A stretch of DNA of 59,561 nucleotides from a bacterium (GTDB taxonomy: Bacteria > Patescibacteriota > Saccharimonadia > CAILAD01 > BJGX01), in NCBI GenBank assembly GCA_029778565.1, contig JAKOQC010000247.1, forward strand, positions 1 through 59,561. The letters run 5' to 3'. Below the pieces are notes generated by a model. That model searched no databases, was not told the origin of the DNA, and saw only the letters and a list, made by a program, of their open reading frames with translations. The position numbers and the translations under genes are program-made. Below, one piece after another: positions 9,678-19,115 of the stretch. Every line of letters starts with the position of its first letter. The first letter of the stretch is position 1.

Positions 9678-9693
9678 TAGTAGTACTCTAGTC

Positions 9694-9723
9694 ATAATTA
9701 AGACCCGAAAGGGTCTTAATTAT
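9694..9723 (+). terminator. hairpin terminator after rplS
   Basis: 13-bp stem ATAATTAAGACCC-GAAA-GGGTCTTAATTAT. Confidence 0.6.
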
Positions 9724-9783
9724 GTTATTGATTGAAAATTTGTATAATATAAAAAACTGTACCAACAACCACTCAGGAGAACC

Positions 9784-10026
9784 ATGGGTGTTCCGAGTTT
9801 AATTACTAAAGAGATAAGAGTTAAGCCTTCTTTGTATTTTTCTGGTTGGGTTATGAGCCATGTAGAAGGAAATAAAGATGAAGTTTGTATATTAGATAGT
9901 GGCCGTGCTTCGGTTTACTGTTATACAGATGATGAACTCACCGGTAGTTATTCTCTATTAGCAACCAATAAACTTGATGCAATAAAAGAATACAGTTCAA
10001 TCTTGAAAGAACGTAGAAAAAAATAA
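9784..10026 (+). CDS. hypothetical protein
   Basis: 80 aa ORF with a GGAGAA RBS. Followed by a terminator. Confidence 0.5.
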   Translation: MGVPSLITKEIRVKPSLYFSGWVMSHVEGNKDEVCILDSGRASVYCYTDDELTGSYSLLATNKLDAIKEYSSILKERRKK

Positions 10027-10058
10027 CCCGTTTCAAATTGAAACGGGTTTTGTTATTT
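10027..10058. terminator. bidirectional hairpin terminator
   Basis: CCCGTTTCA-AAT-TGAAACGGG with an A-run upstream and a T-run downstream. Confidence 0.7.
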
Positions 10059-10070
10059 TAGATATACATC

Positions 10071-10472
10071 TTAGTCTTGATTGATGATAGTGATTTGGAT
10101 TCGTTCATCCAAGATGCCGGAATATGCACTTTGCACATCTTTCAGCTCATCTGGAGAGAACCGATCATAAGCCACGTTATCACAAACACTGAGTGCTTGG
10201 CGAAGCACATCGGTAACTGCCTCGGTCTCTTCATTGGGCTCGCCGAAGCGCAAACCGCAGAACGGGCAATATAGGAGACCAATAAGCATTGGCTCAAACT
10301 TTTCTGGTGGCCCTTGCGGGTTGCCATAAGCATTGTTCCAGGCTACACCGGCACCATTTTTGTGTGTAATCATTACCCACTCAGGCTTCATAGCACAGAC
10401 GTGATCAGTAGCATCTTCGAGAAGTTCACTCATTCTGTCAGAGTGAGTAAGATATGGGACTGCCTTTGGCAT
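10071..10472 (-). CDS. hypothetical protein
   Basis: 133 aa. The start overlaps the upstream stop (TAATG). Contains a CPFCG motif. No family recognised. Confidence 0.6.
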   Translation of the reverse strand: MPKAVPYLTHSDRMSELLEDATDHVCAMKPEWVMITHKNGAGVAWNNAYGNPQGPPEKFEPMLIGLLYCPFCGLRFGEPNEETEAVTDVLRQALSVCDNVAYDRFSPDELKDVQSAYSGILDERIQITIINQD

Positions 10473-10735
10473 TACGCGCTCCTCTCGAGCAACATGTTGG
10501 CGTGGGCAAGCAAAGGTTGCATTTCTTCAGTAGGGCCATGGAATACAATAAGCTTAGTAAATGGGTGATGCTTTTTTTTAAGTCTAAGCACAATGCAACT
10601 GCCATCGGTAGCTGCAACCTCATATCTACTACGTGTATAGACCTGCAGAGAATGCAAACCGGTACTGGTAGCTTCTTCTATGGGACTTCGGACAACCGGG
10701 TCTTCAAGAGTACTAACAAAGCCGATGGTGATCAT
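10472..10735 (-). CDS. hypothetical protein
   Basis: 87 aa. Its ATG directly abuts the upstream TAG. Confidence 0.55.
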   Translation of the reverse strand: MITIGFVSTLEDPVVRSPIEEATSTGLHSLQVYTRSRYEVAATDGSCIVLRLKKKHHPFTKLIVFHGPTEEMQPLLAHANMLLERSA

Positions 10736-11113
10736 CTATTCCTGCTCCTCCTCTTCTGGCATATCCCACCACATAGGGTCGGGTAATTCGCCAAACCGAG
10801 CGGAAAAATGTGGCTCGAGTATCTTAACAAGGTCTATGGCCTTATTATGACGCGAATGTACAAAGATACGGCGGATAACAAGTGGGGTACGACTCTGTTG
10901 GTTTTCAATAAGCCATTCGGCAAGCGCCATGGTGTTGGGCGAGCCAATACCATAATTACTGCTCATGTCATAATCGAGCCAGAGCTCATCTATTACTTCA
11001 GCAGACTGCAAAAACGAAGTAAGTAGCTCAACAGCTACAACAGTGTTTCGGCAATGAAATGCTCGTGAATCTGCCGAAAGGCGAATATCGTCTACTACGA
11101 CGATCTTTCCCAT
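10736..11113 (-). CDS. receiver-like domain protein resembling the cyclic-phosphate-processing receiver (cREC) family
   Basis: The track ORF start at 11173 lies inside the promoter. A GGAGAGAAGG RBS favours MGKIVVVDDIR at 11113. The pattern hhhhDD-R ... LDYDM ... TG..a..WL ... I.VHS matches my recollection of stand-alone cREC domains. Confidence 0.45.
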   Translation of the reverse strand: MGKIVVVDDIRLSADSRAFHCRNTVVAVELLTSFLQSAEVIDELWLDYDMSSNYGIGSPNTMALAEWLIENQQSRTPLVIRRIFVHSRHNKAIDLVKILEPHFSARFGELPDPMWWDMPEEEEQE

Positions 11114-11163
11114 CCTTCTCTCCTGTAGGGTACTCGCTACCAGGGACGATTGCGAACTGGTAA

Positions 11164-11192
11164 ATATTAGCATAAAAATAATGAATAGTCAA
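11164..11192 (-). promoter_or_regulatory. sigma70-type promoter of the 11113-10071 operon
   Basis: On the minus strand: TTGACT (11192-11187), N17, TAATAT (11169-11164). Confidence 0.6.
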
Positions 11193-11246
11193 TAGATCAT
11201 AAACCGAGTAACGGTGGTATAATTGCCATATTCTTAAAGGAGGTGG

Positions 11247-11852
11247 ATGGTAGTAACAGCAAGCTCTACTCTAGAGCAAAAGCTATATAAAGAGGGTGTT
11301 TTGCTAGTAGCCGGAATAGACGAGGTTGGCAGAGGTGCGTTGGCGGGGCCACTGGTAGCTGGTTGTGTAGTATTACCACTAGACCATCGGCTCGGCCTGG
11401 CAGATTCTAAATTGATATCTGCAAAAAAACGCGCTAGTATTGCCGAGCAGATAAGAAGTAGTGCTGTTGGCTTTGGTCTTGGTTGGGTTAGCAACACAGA
11501 AATTGATGAATTTGGTTTACCATGGTGCTTGCAAGAAGCGTATCTAAGAGCTCTAGAAAATATGCACTTAGAGGTAAGCCATATTATCTTAGACGGCTCG
11601 GTAGACTATTTAAAAGAATTTGAAATTTGCCAAACCATAGTTAAGGCCGACCAAAAGGTAGATTGTGTGGCAGCAGCAAGTATTCTGGCCAAAGTAGCAC
11701 GCGATAAATACATGCAAAGCCTGTGCGTGCAGTACCCAGAGTATTGTTATGATACCAATGTGGGGTATGGTACCAAAGCACACAGAGTAGCTATTGCTAA
11801 ACATGGTTTAACAGATTTACACCGAAAAAGCTTTTGCTCGAAATTTATTTAA
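11247..11852 (+). CDS. rnhB: ribonuclease HII
   Basis: 201 aa. GIDEVGRGALAGPLVAG motif. AAGGAGGTGG RBS. Extended -10 TGgTATAAT at 11215-11223. Confidence 0.9.
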   Translation: MVVTASSTLEQKLYKEGVLLVAGIDEVGRGALAGPLVAGCVVLPLDHRLGLADSKLISAKKRASIAEQIRSSAVGFGLGWVSNTEIDEFGLPWCLQEAYLRALENMHLEVSHIILDGSVDYLKEFEICQTIVKADQKVDCVAAASILAKVARDKYMQSLCVQYPEYCYDTNVGYGTKAHRVAIAKHGLTDLHRKSFCSKFI

Positions 11853-11867
11853 TGCAAACCTATACTG

Positions 11868-12230
11868 GTGGTTATGGCACAACATAATGTATATGGCGCT
11901 ATGGCCGAAGACTCGGCAAGTCGCTACTTAGAAAATAACAACTACAAGGTTATACAACGCAATTATAAAGACCGCTTTTGTGAGATAGATATTGTTGCTC
12001 GTAATAACACTACTATAGTTTTTGTAGAGGTTAAATATCGCAGACGCCGAGACTTTGGCGGCGCTATTGGGGCAATTACACCAAATAAAGTCAAAAGAAT
12101 ACAATACTCGGCCGAATTTTGGCTAAGCCAACACCAAGAATTTGCCAGACTACAACCAAGACTAGACGTTATTACTGTTGTGGGTGATATCTCTATGCCC
12201 GAAGTAACTCATTTAGAAAATATTATGTAA
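11868..12230 (+). CDS. YraN-family (UPF0102) endonuclease-like protein
   Basis: 120 aa. CEIDIVAR...VFVEVKYRRRRDFGG pattern. The start could be 11874. Confidence 0.8.
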   Translation: MVMAQHNVYGAMAEDSASRYLENNNYKVIQRNYKDRFCEIDIVARNNTTIVFVEVKYRRRRDFGGAIGAITPNKVKRIQYSAEFWLSQHQEFARLQPRLDVITVVGDISMPEVTHLENIM

Positions 12231-12249
12231 AAAACCTGTGTTAGCACTC

Positions 12250-12278
12250 TTGCATGCCGAGTGCCAATGTGCTATTAT
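12250..12278 (+). promoter_or_regulatory. nusA promoter
   Basis: TTGCAT-N17-TATTAT. Followed by a structured leader of about 120 nt. Confidence 0.55.
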
Positions 12279-12404
12279 AGACACATAGTTTGAACACTTA
12301 GAAAGGAGTCGGAACTGTTTTAAAACAAAAAACAACCGGCTCTTTATTGTTCAAACACTAACTACAACTGAATAACAATTGAATAGAAAAGGAAAAGTAT
12401 ACCC

Positions 12405-13631
12405 ATGCAAAACCAATTTATATCAGCCATCGAACAAATTTGTGAAGAAAAAGGCATTAGTAAAGAGTCTGTACTAGAGGCTATTGCTGCTGCTATGGCT
12501 GCTGCCTACAAAAAAGATTATGGCGATAAAGACCAAGAAGTACGCGCCGAGCTAGACCCAAAGACTGGTGCAGCACGCATTTTTATTAGCAAAGAAGTGG
12601 TAAAGAAGATAGACGAAGGTTTTGAAGAATTACAAATGACTCTCGAAGACGCCAAGAAGATTAACCCCGATATTAAGGTTGGCGAAATGGTAGAGTACGA
12701 AGAAAAAACTCACACCGATTTTGGTCGTGTAGCTGCACAAACTGCCAAGCAAGTTATTATGCAGCGTATTCGCGAAGCCGAGCGAGAAGTAGTATTTAGT
12801 GAATTTTCTGATAAAGAAGGCCAAATTATTAACTCTACTGTGCAACGCGTAGAGCGAGGTAATGTGTACATAGACCTTGGCCATGCTGTGGGTGTACTTT
12901 TTCCTAACGATCAGTTACCTAACGAGCGCTATTATACTGGCCAGCGCATTAAAGTATATGTTGTTCGTGTAGAACAGACACTAAAAGGTCCACAAATTGT
13001 GGTAAGCCGTACTCACCCAGAAATGATTCGCCAACTCTTCGAGATGGAAGTACCAGAAATCTCTGGTGGTAGTGTAGAAATAGTAAATATTGCTCGTGAA
13101 GCCGGTGCTCGCACTAAGATTGCCGTAAAAAGTAATACTGAAGGTGTAGACCCTGTCGGTACGTTTGTTGGTGGACGTGGATCGCGTGTGCAAGCAGTAA
13201 TGAACGAAATTGGTGATGAAAAGATAGATATTATTCCATTTAGCGAAGACCCTAAGGAATATATTGCCTCAGCACTTAGCCCTACCAAAGTAATTGAAGT
13301 AAAGATAAATGAAGAAGAAAAGAAAGCTACAGTAAAAGTACCAGAAGATCAGCTAAGCTTGGCAATTGGCAAGTCTGGTCAGAATGTTCGTTTGGCTGCC
13401 AAGCTAACTGGCTGGAGTGTTGATATTGACGGAGCCGATGAAGCCCATGTAGAAGAAACTGCAGATGCAGTTGACGAGCCAAAGACTATTAACACGAAAG
13501 ATCTCGAAGACTCACTACTAAATGCAGCTAGTACAGAAGAAACTACCAAAGAAAAACCTGCCAAAGAGGATAAAGAAGCAGTAAAAGAAGATCAGACAAA
13601 GACAGAAAGCGAACCGCAAGAACATAAGTAA
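12405..13631 (+). CDS. nusA: transcription termination/antitermination factor NusA
   Basis: 408 aa. N-terminal domain, S1 and two KH domains (LAIGKSGQNVRLAAKLTGW), plus an acidic tail. Confidence 0.95.
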   Translation: MQNQFISAIEQICEEKGISKESVLEAIAAAMAAAYKKDYGDKDQEVRAELDPKTGAARIFISKEVVKKIDEGFEELQMTLEDAKKINPDIKVGEMVEYEEKTHTDFGRVAAQTAKQVIMQRIREAEREVVFSEFSDKEGQIINSTVQRVERGNVYIDLGHAVGVLFPNDQLPNERYYTGQRIKVYVVRVEQTLKGPQIVVSRTHPEMIRQLFEMEVPEISGGSVEIVNIAREAGARTKIAVKSNTEGVDPVGTFVGGRGSRVQAVMNEIGDEKIDIIPFSEDPKEYIASALSPTKVIEVKINEEEKKATVKVPEDQLSLAIGKSGQNVRLAAKLTGWSVDIDGADEAHVEETADAVDEPKTINTKDLEDSLLNAASTEETTKEKPAKEDKEAVKEDQTKTESEPQEHK

Positions 13632-13651
13632 CTAAATAGAAGGAGGATGAT

Positions 13652-16120
13652 ATGGATACCGATTTTCCAGAAGTATTTGAAAGATTTACACAGAATGCAA
13701 AATTGGCTTTTCAGTTTGCCGGGCAATTGGCTCTGCAAACAGGAGCCAGCTATGTCGGTACCGAACACCTTCTATTAGGAATTGTAAAAACCCAAAACTC
13801 TTTGGGTGCTCGCTTGCTCTCAGAAGCCGGTGTAAGTCTCGAAAAAGTTAACCCTGGCCTTCTTGCTCAACCTACTTCTACTCCTCAGGGTGTAGTAGAC
13901 CTTTCTGAGACAGCGAAAAAGACTATTACGCTTGCATTGCGTATGGCACAAGAATACGGCCAAGCCTATGCTGGTACCGAGCATTTATTGTTTGCTATTC
14001 TTAGTCAAAAAAATTCGCGGGCGCAGACTATTCTGCACGATCTTAAGGTAGACCCTACCAAACTGCGAGCAGATGTAGAGAACAGCCTGGCAAACCAGCC
14101 GCATACCTTTGCTCAACACAACGAACCTAATGGAAAAGGCGGCAAAGCCTCAAAAACTCCTGCGCTCGATCACTTTAGTATAGATCTTACTCAGAAAGCT
14201 CGTGATGGCAAGTTAGACCCTATGGTTGGTCGAGCAGCACAGCTGGCACGTATGATCTCTATTCTAAATCGCCGCACCAAAAATAACCCAGTTCTTATTG
14301 GCGAGCCTGGAGTTGGTAAAACCGCCATAGTCGAAGGTTTGGCGAGTAAGGTGGTAGAAGAAGACGTACCAGAGCTACTGCTCGGTAAACGTATTATGAT
14401 GCTCGACATGGCATCGGTTATTGCCGGTACGAAGTTTCGTGGTGAGTTTGAAGAACGTCTAAAGAAGATTATTGACGAAGCCTCTGGTGCTGACGATGTA
14501 ATACTATTTATCGATGAGTTACACAATGTAGTTGGGGCTGGTAGTGCCGAAGGTGCTATAGATGCTGCAAATATTTTAAAACCAGCTCTTGCACGGGGCG
14601 AAGTACAGACAATTGGTGCCACAACTTTAGAGGAATATCGCAAATATATTGAGAAAGATTCTGCCTTAGAGCGACGATTTCAACCTGTTCAAGTTCCAGA
14701 AGCTACAGTAGAAGAGACTATTGAGATTTTACAGGGTCTACGACCACGCTACGAAGAGTTTCATCATGTTGCTATTTCTGATGAAGCGATAGAGCAAGCT
14801 GCCAAGCTAGCAAAACGCTACGTTAGTGATAGATTTATGCCCGATAAGGCTATCGATCTTATCGACGAGGCTGCCGCACAAGCCAGAATTGCTCGTGGTG
14901 GTACCAGCAAGCCACAACGTACTCTACAAACCAAGCTAGAAGCACTTACTACCAAGATAGATGATGCAGTGTATCATCAAGACTTCGAGCATGCTGCCAA
15001 GCTAAAGGCTGAGGCTAGCAGAATAGAAAAACAGATTGCCGAGCTCGACAAAAAACGCGGTAAGAAAAAAGAAATTAGTATTAGCGCCGAAGATATTGCA
15101 GTGGTTATTAATCAGACCACCGGTATTCCACTGACCAAGCTTATTAAGATAGAAACAGAAGCGCTCAAGAAGCTTGAGGCCAACCTTAAAGCTAACGTAA
15201 TTGGTCAAAACGAGGCTGTTAGTGCAGTGGCACGCGCCATTCGTCGCAGTCGTACCGGTATTGCCGACGAGAACCGGCCAATAGGATCGTTTATATTCTT
15301 AGGCCCCACTGGGGTTGGTAAGACCGAGCTGGCTCGAGTTTTAGCTCAGGAATTGTTCCACGACAAAGATGCGATGATAAAAGTTGATATGAGTGAGTTT
15401 ATGGAAAAACATAATGTATCACGCTTAGTTGGTGCACCGGCTGGCTATGTTGGCTTCGAAGAAGGCGGACAGTTAACAGAAAAAGTTAGACGCCGACCAT
15501 ACAGCCTGATACTTTTTGACGAAATAGAAAAAGCCCACCCAGATGTCTTTAATATGCTCTTGCAGATCTTAGAAGACGGGCAACTTACCGATGCCAAAGG
15601 CCGCAAAGTAGATTTTCGAAATACTATTATTATTATGACTAGCAATGTAGGCGCTCGCCAATTGCACGACGAAGCCGTAATTGGTTTTAACACGCATAGC
15701 GAAAAAGACGAAGATAAACTAGAACGACATCACGAGCAGATGCAAAAGAATTTAAAGACCGAGCTCAAAAAAGTCTTTCGCCCCGAATTCTTAAACCGAA
15801 TTGATCACGTGGTGGTATTCCGTGCTCTAGCTCCGGCAGATATCGAAAAGATTATCGACCTCCAACTAAAAGATCTGGCCCGTCGCCTAGAAGCCAAAGA
15901 AGTAAATCTAAAGTTTGCCGCCGGACTAAAGAAAATACTTCTTAAAGAAGGATACGATGCCGACAATGGTGCCAGACCACTTAAGCGTGCTATTCAGCGT
16001 TTAATAGAAGATCCGCTAGCCAGCGAGATGATAGATGGTCGTATTCACGAAGGCGATACGGTAAAGGTAAGTGTTGATAAAGACAATAAGATAGAACTCA
16101 AAGTCGCGTTAGGGGTGTAG
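13652..16120 (+). CDS. clpC: ATP-dependent Clp protease ATP-binding subunit ClpC
   Basis: 822 aa. Clp_N repeats, two AAA+ modules ([16 protein letters not shown]), a short UVR-like middle domain and an IGF loop. Confidence 0.9.
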   Translation: MDTDFPEVFERFTQNAKLAFQFAGQLALQTGASYVGTEHLLLGIVKTQNSLGARLLSEAGVSLEKVNPGLLAQPTSTPQGVVDLSETAKKTITLALRMAQEYGQAYAGTEHLLFAILSQKNSRAQTILHDLKVDPTKLRADVENSLANQPHTFAQHNEPNGKGGKASKTPALDHFSIDLTQKARDGKLDPMVGRAAQLARMISILNRRTKNNPVLIGEPGVGKTAIVEGLASKVVEEDVPELLLGKRIMMLDMASVIAGTKFRGEFEERLKKIIDEASGADDVILFIDELHNVVGAGSAEGAIDAANILKPALARGEVQTIGATTLEEYRKYIEKDSALERRFQPVQVPEATVEETIEILQGLRPRYEEFHHVAISDEAIEQAAKLAKRYVSDRFMPDKAIDLIDEAAAQARIARGGTSKPQRTLQTKLEALTTKIDDAVYHQDFEHAAKLKAEASRIEKQIAELDKKRGKKKEISISAEDIAVVINQTTGIPLTKLIKIETEALKKLEANLKANVIGQNEAVSAVARAIRRSRTGIADENRPIGSFIFLGPTGVGKTELARVLAQELFHDKDAMIKVDMSEFMEKHNVSRLVGAPAGYVGFEEGGQLTEKVRRRPYSLILFDEIEKAHPDVFNMLLQILEDGQLTDAKGRKVDFRNTIIIMTSNVGARQLHDEAVIGFNTHSEKDEDKLERHHEQMQKNLKTELKKVFRPEFLNRIDHVVVFRALAPADIEKIIDLQLKDLARRLEAKEVNLKFAAGLKKILLKEGYDADNGARPLKRAIQRLIEDPLASEMIDGRIHEGDTVKVSVDKDNKIELKVALGV

Positions 16121-16227
16121 TAAATTCATCTTTTTTAACATACAGATTATCGCATTCCCCTTGGCATACATATTAATCGATGCTGAGTCAAAAAAAGACT
16201 AACATAAATTAGTTAATATATTAGTAT

Positions 16228-16265
16228 AAAAGAGAAAGACCGGCGAGCATACGCTCAAACCGGCC
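16228..16265 (-). terminator. hairpin terminator of the minus-strand gene 16776-16408
   Basis: On the minus strand: GGCCGGTTGAGC-GTAT-GCTCGCCGGTC followed by TTTCTCTTTT. Confidence 0.55.
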
Positions 16266-16407
16266 TGGGTGGTGATTGCTCACCTGTGTGGAGATTACTC
16301 CAGTTAGCTTTGGTTGTGGGTGCCAAACCACGGTGATGCTATGCATCTGGCATTTCGCGGAGGTAATTCTTGCTGTTCCTTCCGTAGCTTCCCGCTATTA
16401 GGGTAAA

Positions 16408-16776
16408 CTACATGCTGGGAAGGTTAGATTCAACCCAGTTCTCGAAGTCGAACAGCTTGATTTCATCTGTCTGCGGATCGCGCAGCAGGTAGAGGGTGAT
16501 ATCCACATCTGCTACATACGAAAGGATGGAATAGCCCTCTTCGTAGTGGTAGATTTCCACGTCGCCGCTCAGTTCGAGCGTCCAAATCTCCACGTCATAG
16601 TGATTAGACATAAAGAAATGGGCATTGGCGGAGGTACAGCGATCGAGATGCTGATACCAGAATGGTTGAATATGCCCGCATTGCGTGAGAGCAATGCAGA
16701 GACTATCGATTGTCTCGCTACTAGACATGTAAACAACTCCTCCGTAAAGTGTGCTATGCCGATCCATAATCGACAT
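16408..16776 (-). CDS. hypothetical protein
   Basis: 122 aa from the ATG at 16776, which lies 8 nt downstream of the -10 box (leaderless type). No family recognised. Confidence 0.6.
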   Translation of the reverse strand: MSIMDRHSTLYGGVVYMSSSETIDSLCIALTQCGHIQPFWYQHLDRCTSANAHFFMSNHYDVEIWTLELSGDVEIYHYEEGYSILSYVADVDITLYLLRDPQTDEIKLFDFENWVESNLPSM

Positions 16777-16784
16777 CAATAACT

Positions 16785-16813
16785 ATATTACCATAGTTTA
16801 TATAAAAAGTCAA
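16785..16813 (-). promoter_or_regulatory. sigma70-type promoter, leaderless type
   Basis: On the minus strand: TTGACT (16813-16808), N17, TAATAT (16790-16785). Confidence 0.6.
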
Positions 16814-16900
16814 TAGTCTTTTTCGAAAGAAACACTTTCGTTTTGTGTTCGTATTGTGTTACACTAAATATATAAGTAATTTTAGTGTGAACAAAATAAT

Positions 16901-18241
16901 ATGCCAAAAGTAACCAGCCAATTTGTATGTCAAAACTGTGGCGCCACGTTTTCTAAGTGGGCCGGCAAGTGCATGCAGTGTGGGGCTTGGGATAGTCTGG
17001 TAGAATCTGCACCCATCACAACAGTTAACGGAAAGGTAAGTACTAATACACCTGCTGCCAAACCAGACAAGCTCTCATCTATACAGTCAGCCAAAACACC
17101 GCGTATAACCACTACAATTGGTGAGGTAGATACGGTATTGGGTGGTGGCATTGTACCAGGGTCGTTAATTTTGTTGGCAGGTGACCCTGGTATTGGTAAA
17201 AGTACACTCGTCTTACAGCTAGCTGGAATTTTGTCTAAGCAAAAACGTACGGTTTTGTATGTTAGTGGTGAGGAGTCGGCTAACCAAATTAAGTTGCGGG
17301 CCGAGCGTATTACGGGTTTGAGTGAAGAGTTTGATTTTGCTGCCACTACCGATCTCGATAGCGTTATAAGTTTGGTTGCCAGCCAAGATTATGATTTAGT
17401 GGTAGTCGATTCTATTCAGACCATGAGCTCTTCGGCCTCAGCTTCTGCTGCCGGCACGGTCAGCCAAATTACCAATGGCGCCAATCAGCTCATGCAATCG
17501 GCCAAAACTACTAATACCGCTTTTATTATTATTGGCCACGTTACCAAAGAAGGTAACTTAGCTGGCCCACGCCTACTCGAACATTTGGTAGATGTGGTGT
17601 TGTACTTAGAAGGTGATAGGTATGGCATGGTTAAATTCTTGCGTGGGGTAAAAAATAGGTTTGGTGCTACTGACGAAGTGGGTGTGCTCGAGATGACCGA
17701 TTCTGGCCTGCAGCCAGTATTAAACCCAAGTGGATTATTACTAGAAGAACGTAGCCTGGCACCAGGCAGCGTGGTGTTTGCGGCCATGGAAGGTAGCCGG
17801 CCATTATTAGTTGAAGTGCAAGCACTCGTTAGCCCAAGTGTATTTGGGTACCCCAAACGAGCTAGTGTTGGGGTCGACCTAAACAGACTTAATATGCTCT
17901 GTGCAGTATTAACCAAACGTGGGGGAGTAAATTTGAGCGCCTCAGATGTGTATGTTAATATTGTAGGTGGTCTCAAGATTACCGAGCCTGCCATAGACCT
18001 TGCAATTATCTGTGCTCTGGCGAGCGCGCAAAAAAACGTTATTATAGATTCTCACTTGGTTGTATTTGGCGAGGTTGGTCTAAGCGGCGAAATACGTACT
18101 GTTAATAGTACTGAGCGTCGTCTGCGCGAGGCCAAAAAATTGGGCTACAAGTCTGCCCTTACAGCGCCACATTCTAGCCTTAAAGGAATGAAGCTTCCGC
18201 ATAGTATTGCCGAAGCAGTAAAAATTATTACCAAAAAATAA
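16901..18241 (+). CDS. radA: DNA repair protein RadA/Sms
   Basis: 446 aa. N-terminal zinc ribbon CQNCG...CMQCG, Walker A GDPGIGKST, KNRFG motif and a Lon-like C-terminal domain. Confidence 0.95.
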   Translation: MPKVTSQFVCQNCGATFSKWAGKCMQCGAWDSLVESAPITTVNGKVSTNTPAAKPDKLSSIQSAKTPRITTTIGEVDTVLGGGIVPGSLILLAGDPGIGKSTLVLQLAGILSKQKRTVLYVSGEESANQIKLRAERITGLSEEFDFAATTDLDSVISLVASQDYDLVVVDSIQTMSSSASASAAGTVSQITNGANQLMQSAKTTNTAFIIIGHVTKEGNLAGPRLLEHLVDVVLYLEGDRYGMVKFLRGVKNRFGATDEVGVLEMTDSGLQPVLNPSGLLLEERSLAPGSVVFAAMEGSRPLLVEVQALVSPSVFGYPKRASVGVDLNRLNMLCAVLTKRGGVNLSASDVYVNIVGGLKITEPAIDLAIICALASAQKNVIIDSHLVVFGEVGLSGEIRTVNSTERRLREAKKLGYKSALTAPHSSLKGMKLPHSIAEAVKIITKK

Positions 18242-18259
18242 ACTTTAAAAGGAATATAA

Positions 18260-19048
18260 ATGTTAGAAATTATTTTAGTCGTTCTCTCGTTAACGGTAGC
18301 GGTTTTAGCAATTGCAGTACTTACTCTTATAAAACAAAACAAAAAAACACCAGTACCAGCTGCAGCAAAGAAAGTAGCTAAAACTGCTGAAAAATCACAA
18401 ATACTGGTCGATACCAGCGCTATTATAGATGGTCGTATTGCCGACATTGCCAAGAGCGGTTTTGTACCAGGCAAACTATTAGTACCACGCTTTGTACTAG
18501 CAGAATTGCAAAACATTGCTGATAGCGAAGATAGTATGCGACGGAGTCGCGGACGCAGAGGCTTAGAAATGCTCAATATTATTCGCGAGAATCCAGCCGT
18601 TGAGCTCGATATTATCGAAGAAGATCCAGAGGATATAAAAGAAGTAGACCATAAGCTAGTACGCATTGCGCGAGATTATGGCACCGATATTTTAACTACC
18701 GACTACAATCTCAATAGAGTTGCCACCATCGAGCAGGTAAAGGTACTTAATATTAATGAACTCGCCAATGCTATTAAGGCTGTTGTTATTCCGGGTGAAG
18801 AAATGAGAGTAAAAGTAGTACAAAAAGGTAAAGAAAAAAACCAAGGTCTTGCCTACTTAGAAGATGGCACAATGATAGTTGTAGAAAAAGGTGACAAGTT
18901 ATTGGGCAAAGAAGTGTCGGTAGAAGTAACCCGAATATTCCAGACCGTAGCCGGCAAGATGATTTTTGCGGTAGAGAAGGGAAGCAAACGACCAGTTCGT
19001 GCCAAATCTACCAATCATCGTAAACCAGTGCAAAAGCCAAAGCGCTAG
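18260..19048 (+). CDS. PIN/TRAM domain protein (YacL-like)
   Basis: 262 aa. TM helix, PIN domain ([13 protein letters not shown]) and C-terminal TRAM-like beta domain. radA-adjacent, as in Firmicutes. Confidence 0.75.
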   Translation: MLEIILVVLSLTVAVLAIAVLTLIKQNKKTPVPAAAKKVAKTAEKSQILVDTSAIIDGRIADIAKSGFVPGKLLVPRFVLAELQNIADSEDSMRRSRGRRGLEMLNIIRENPAVELDIIEEDPEDIKEVDHKLVRIARDYGTDILTTDYNLNRVATIEQVKVLNINELANAIKAVVIPGEEMRVKVVQKGKEKNQGLAYLEDGTMIVVEKGDKLLGKEVSVEVTRIFQTVAGKMIFAVEKGSKRPVRAKSTNHRKPVQKPKR

Positions 19049-19115
19049 GCTTGCAATAAGCAAAATTAATACGTAGAATATCTCTTGTCTTATCCGCGAG
19101 GTTAAGAGGTGCATA

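Noticed and set aside
9156-9695. 179-aa and 127-aa minus-strand ORFs opposite the rplS 3' end.
   Set aside because: They are low-complexity mirror images of the GAA/AAA/GCN-rich L19 tail, not genes.
11114-11173. The N-terminal 20 codons of the track ORF 10736..11173, and similarly 8973-8993 of rplS, 50491-50541 of fusA and 52754-52831.
   Set aside because: These extensions overlap the mapped promoter elements or lack an RBS. Internal ATGs with good SD or leaderless geometry are preferred.
16221-16346. A 41-aa minus-strand ORF (MHSITVVW...) in the 3' UTR of the 122-aa gene.
   Set aside because: It has no RBS and would run through the terminator hairpin at 16238-16265.
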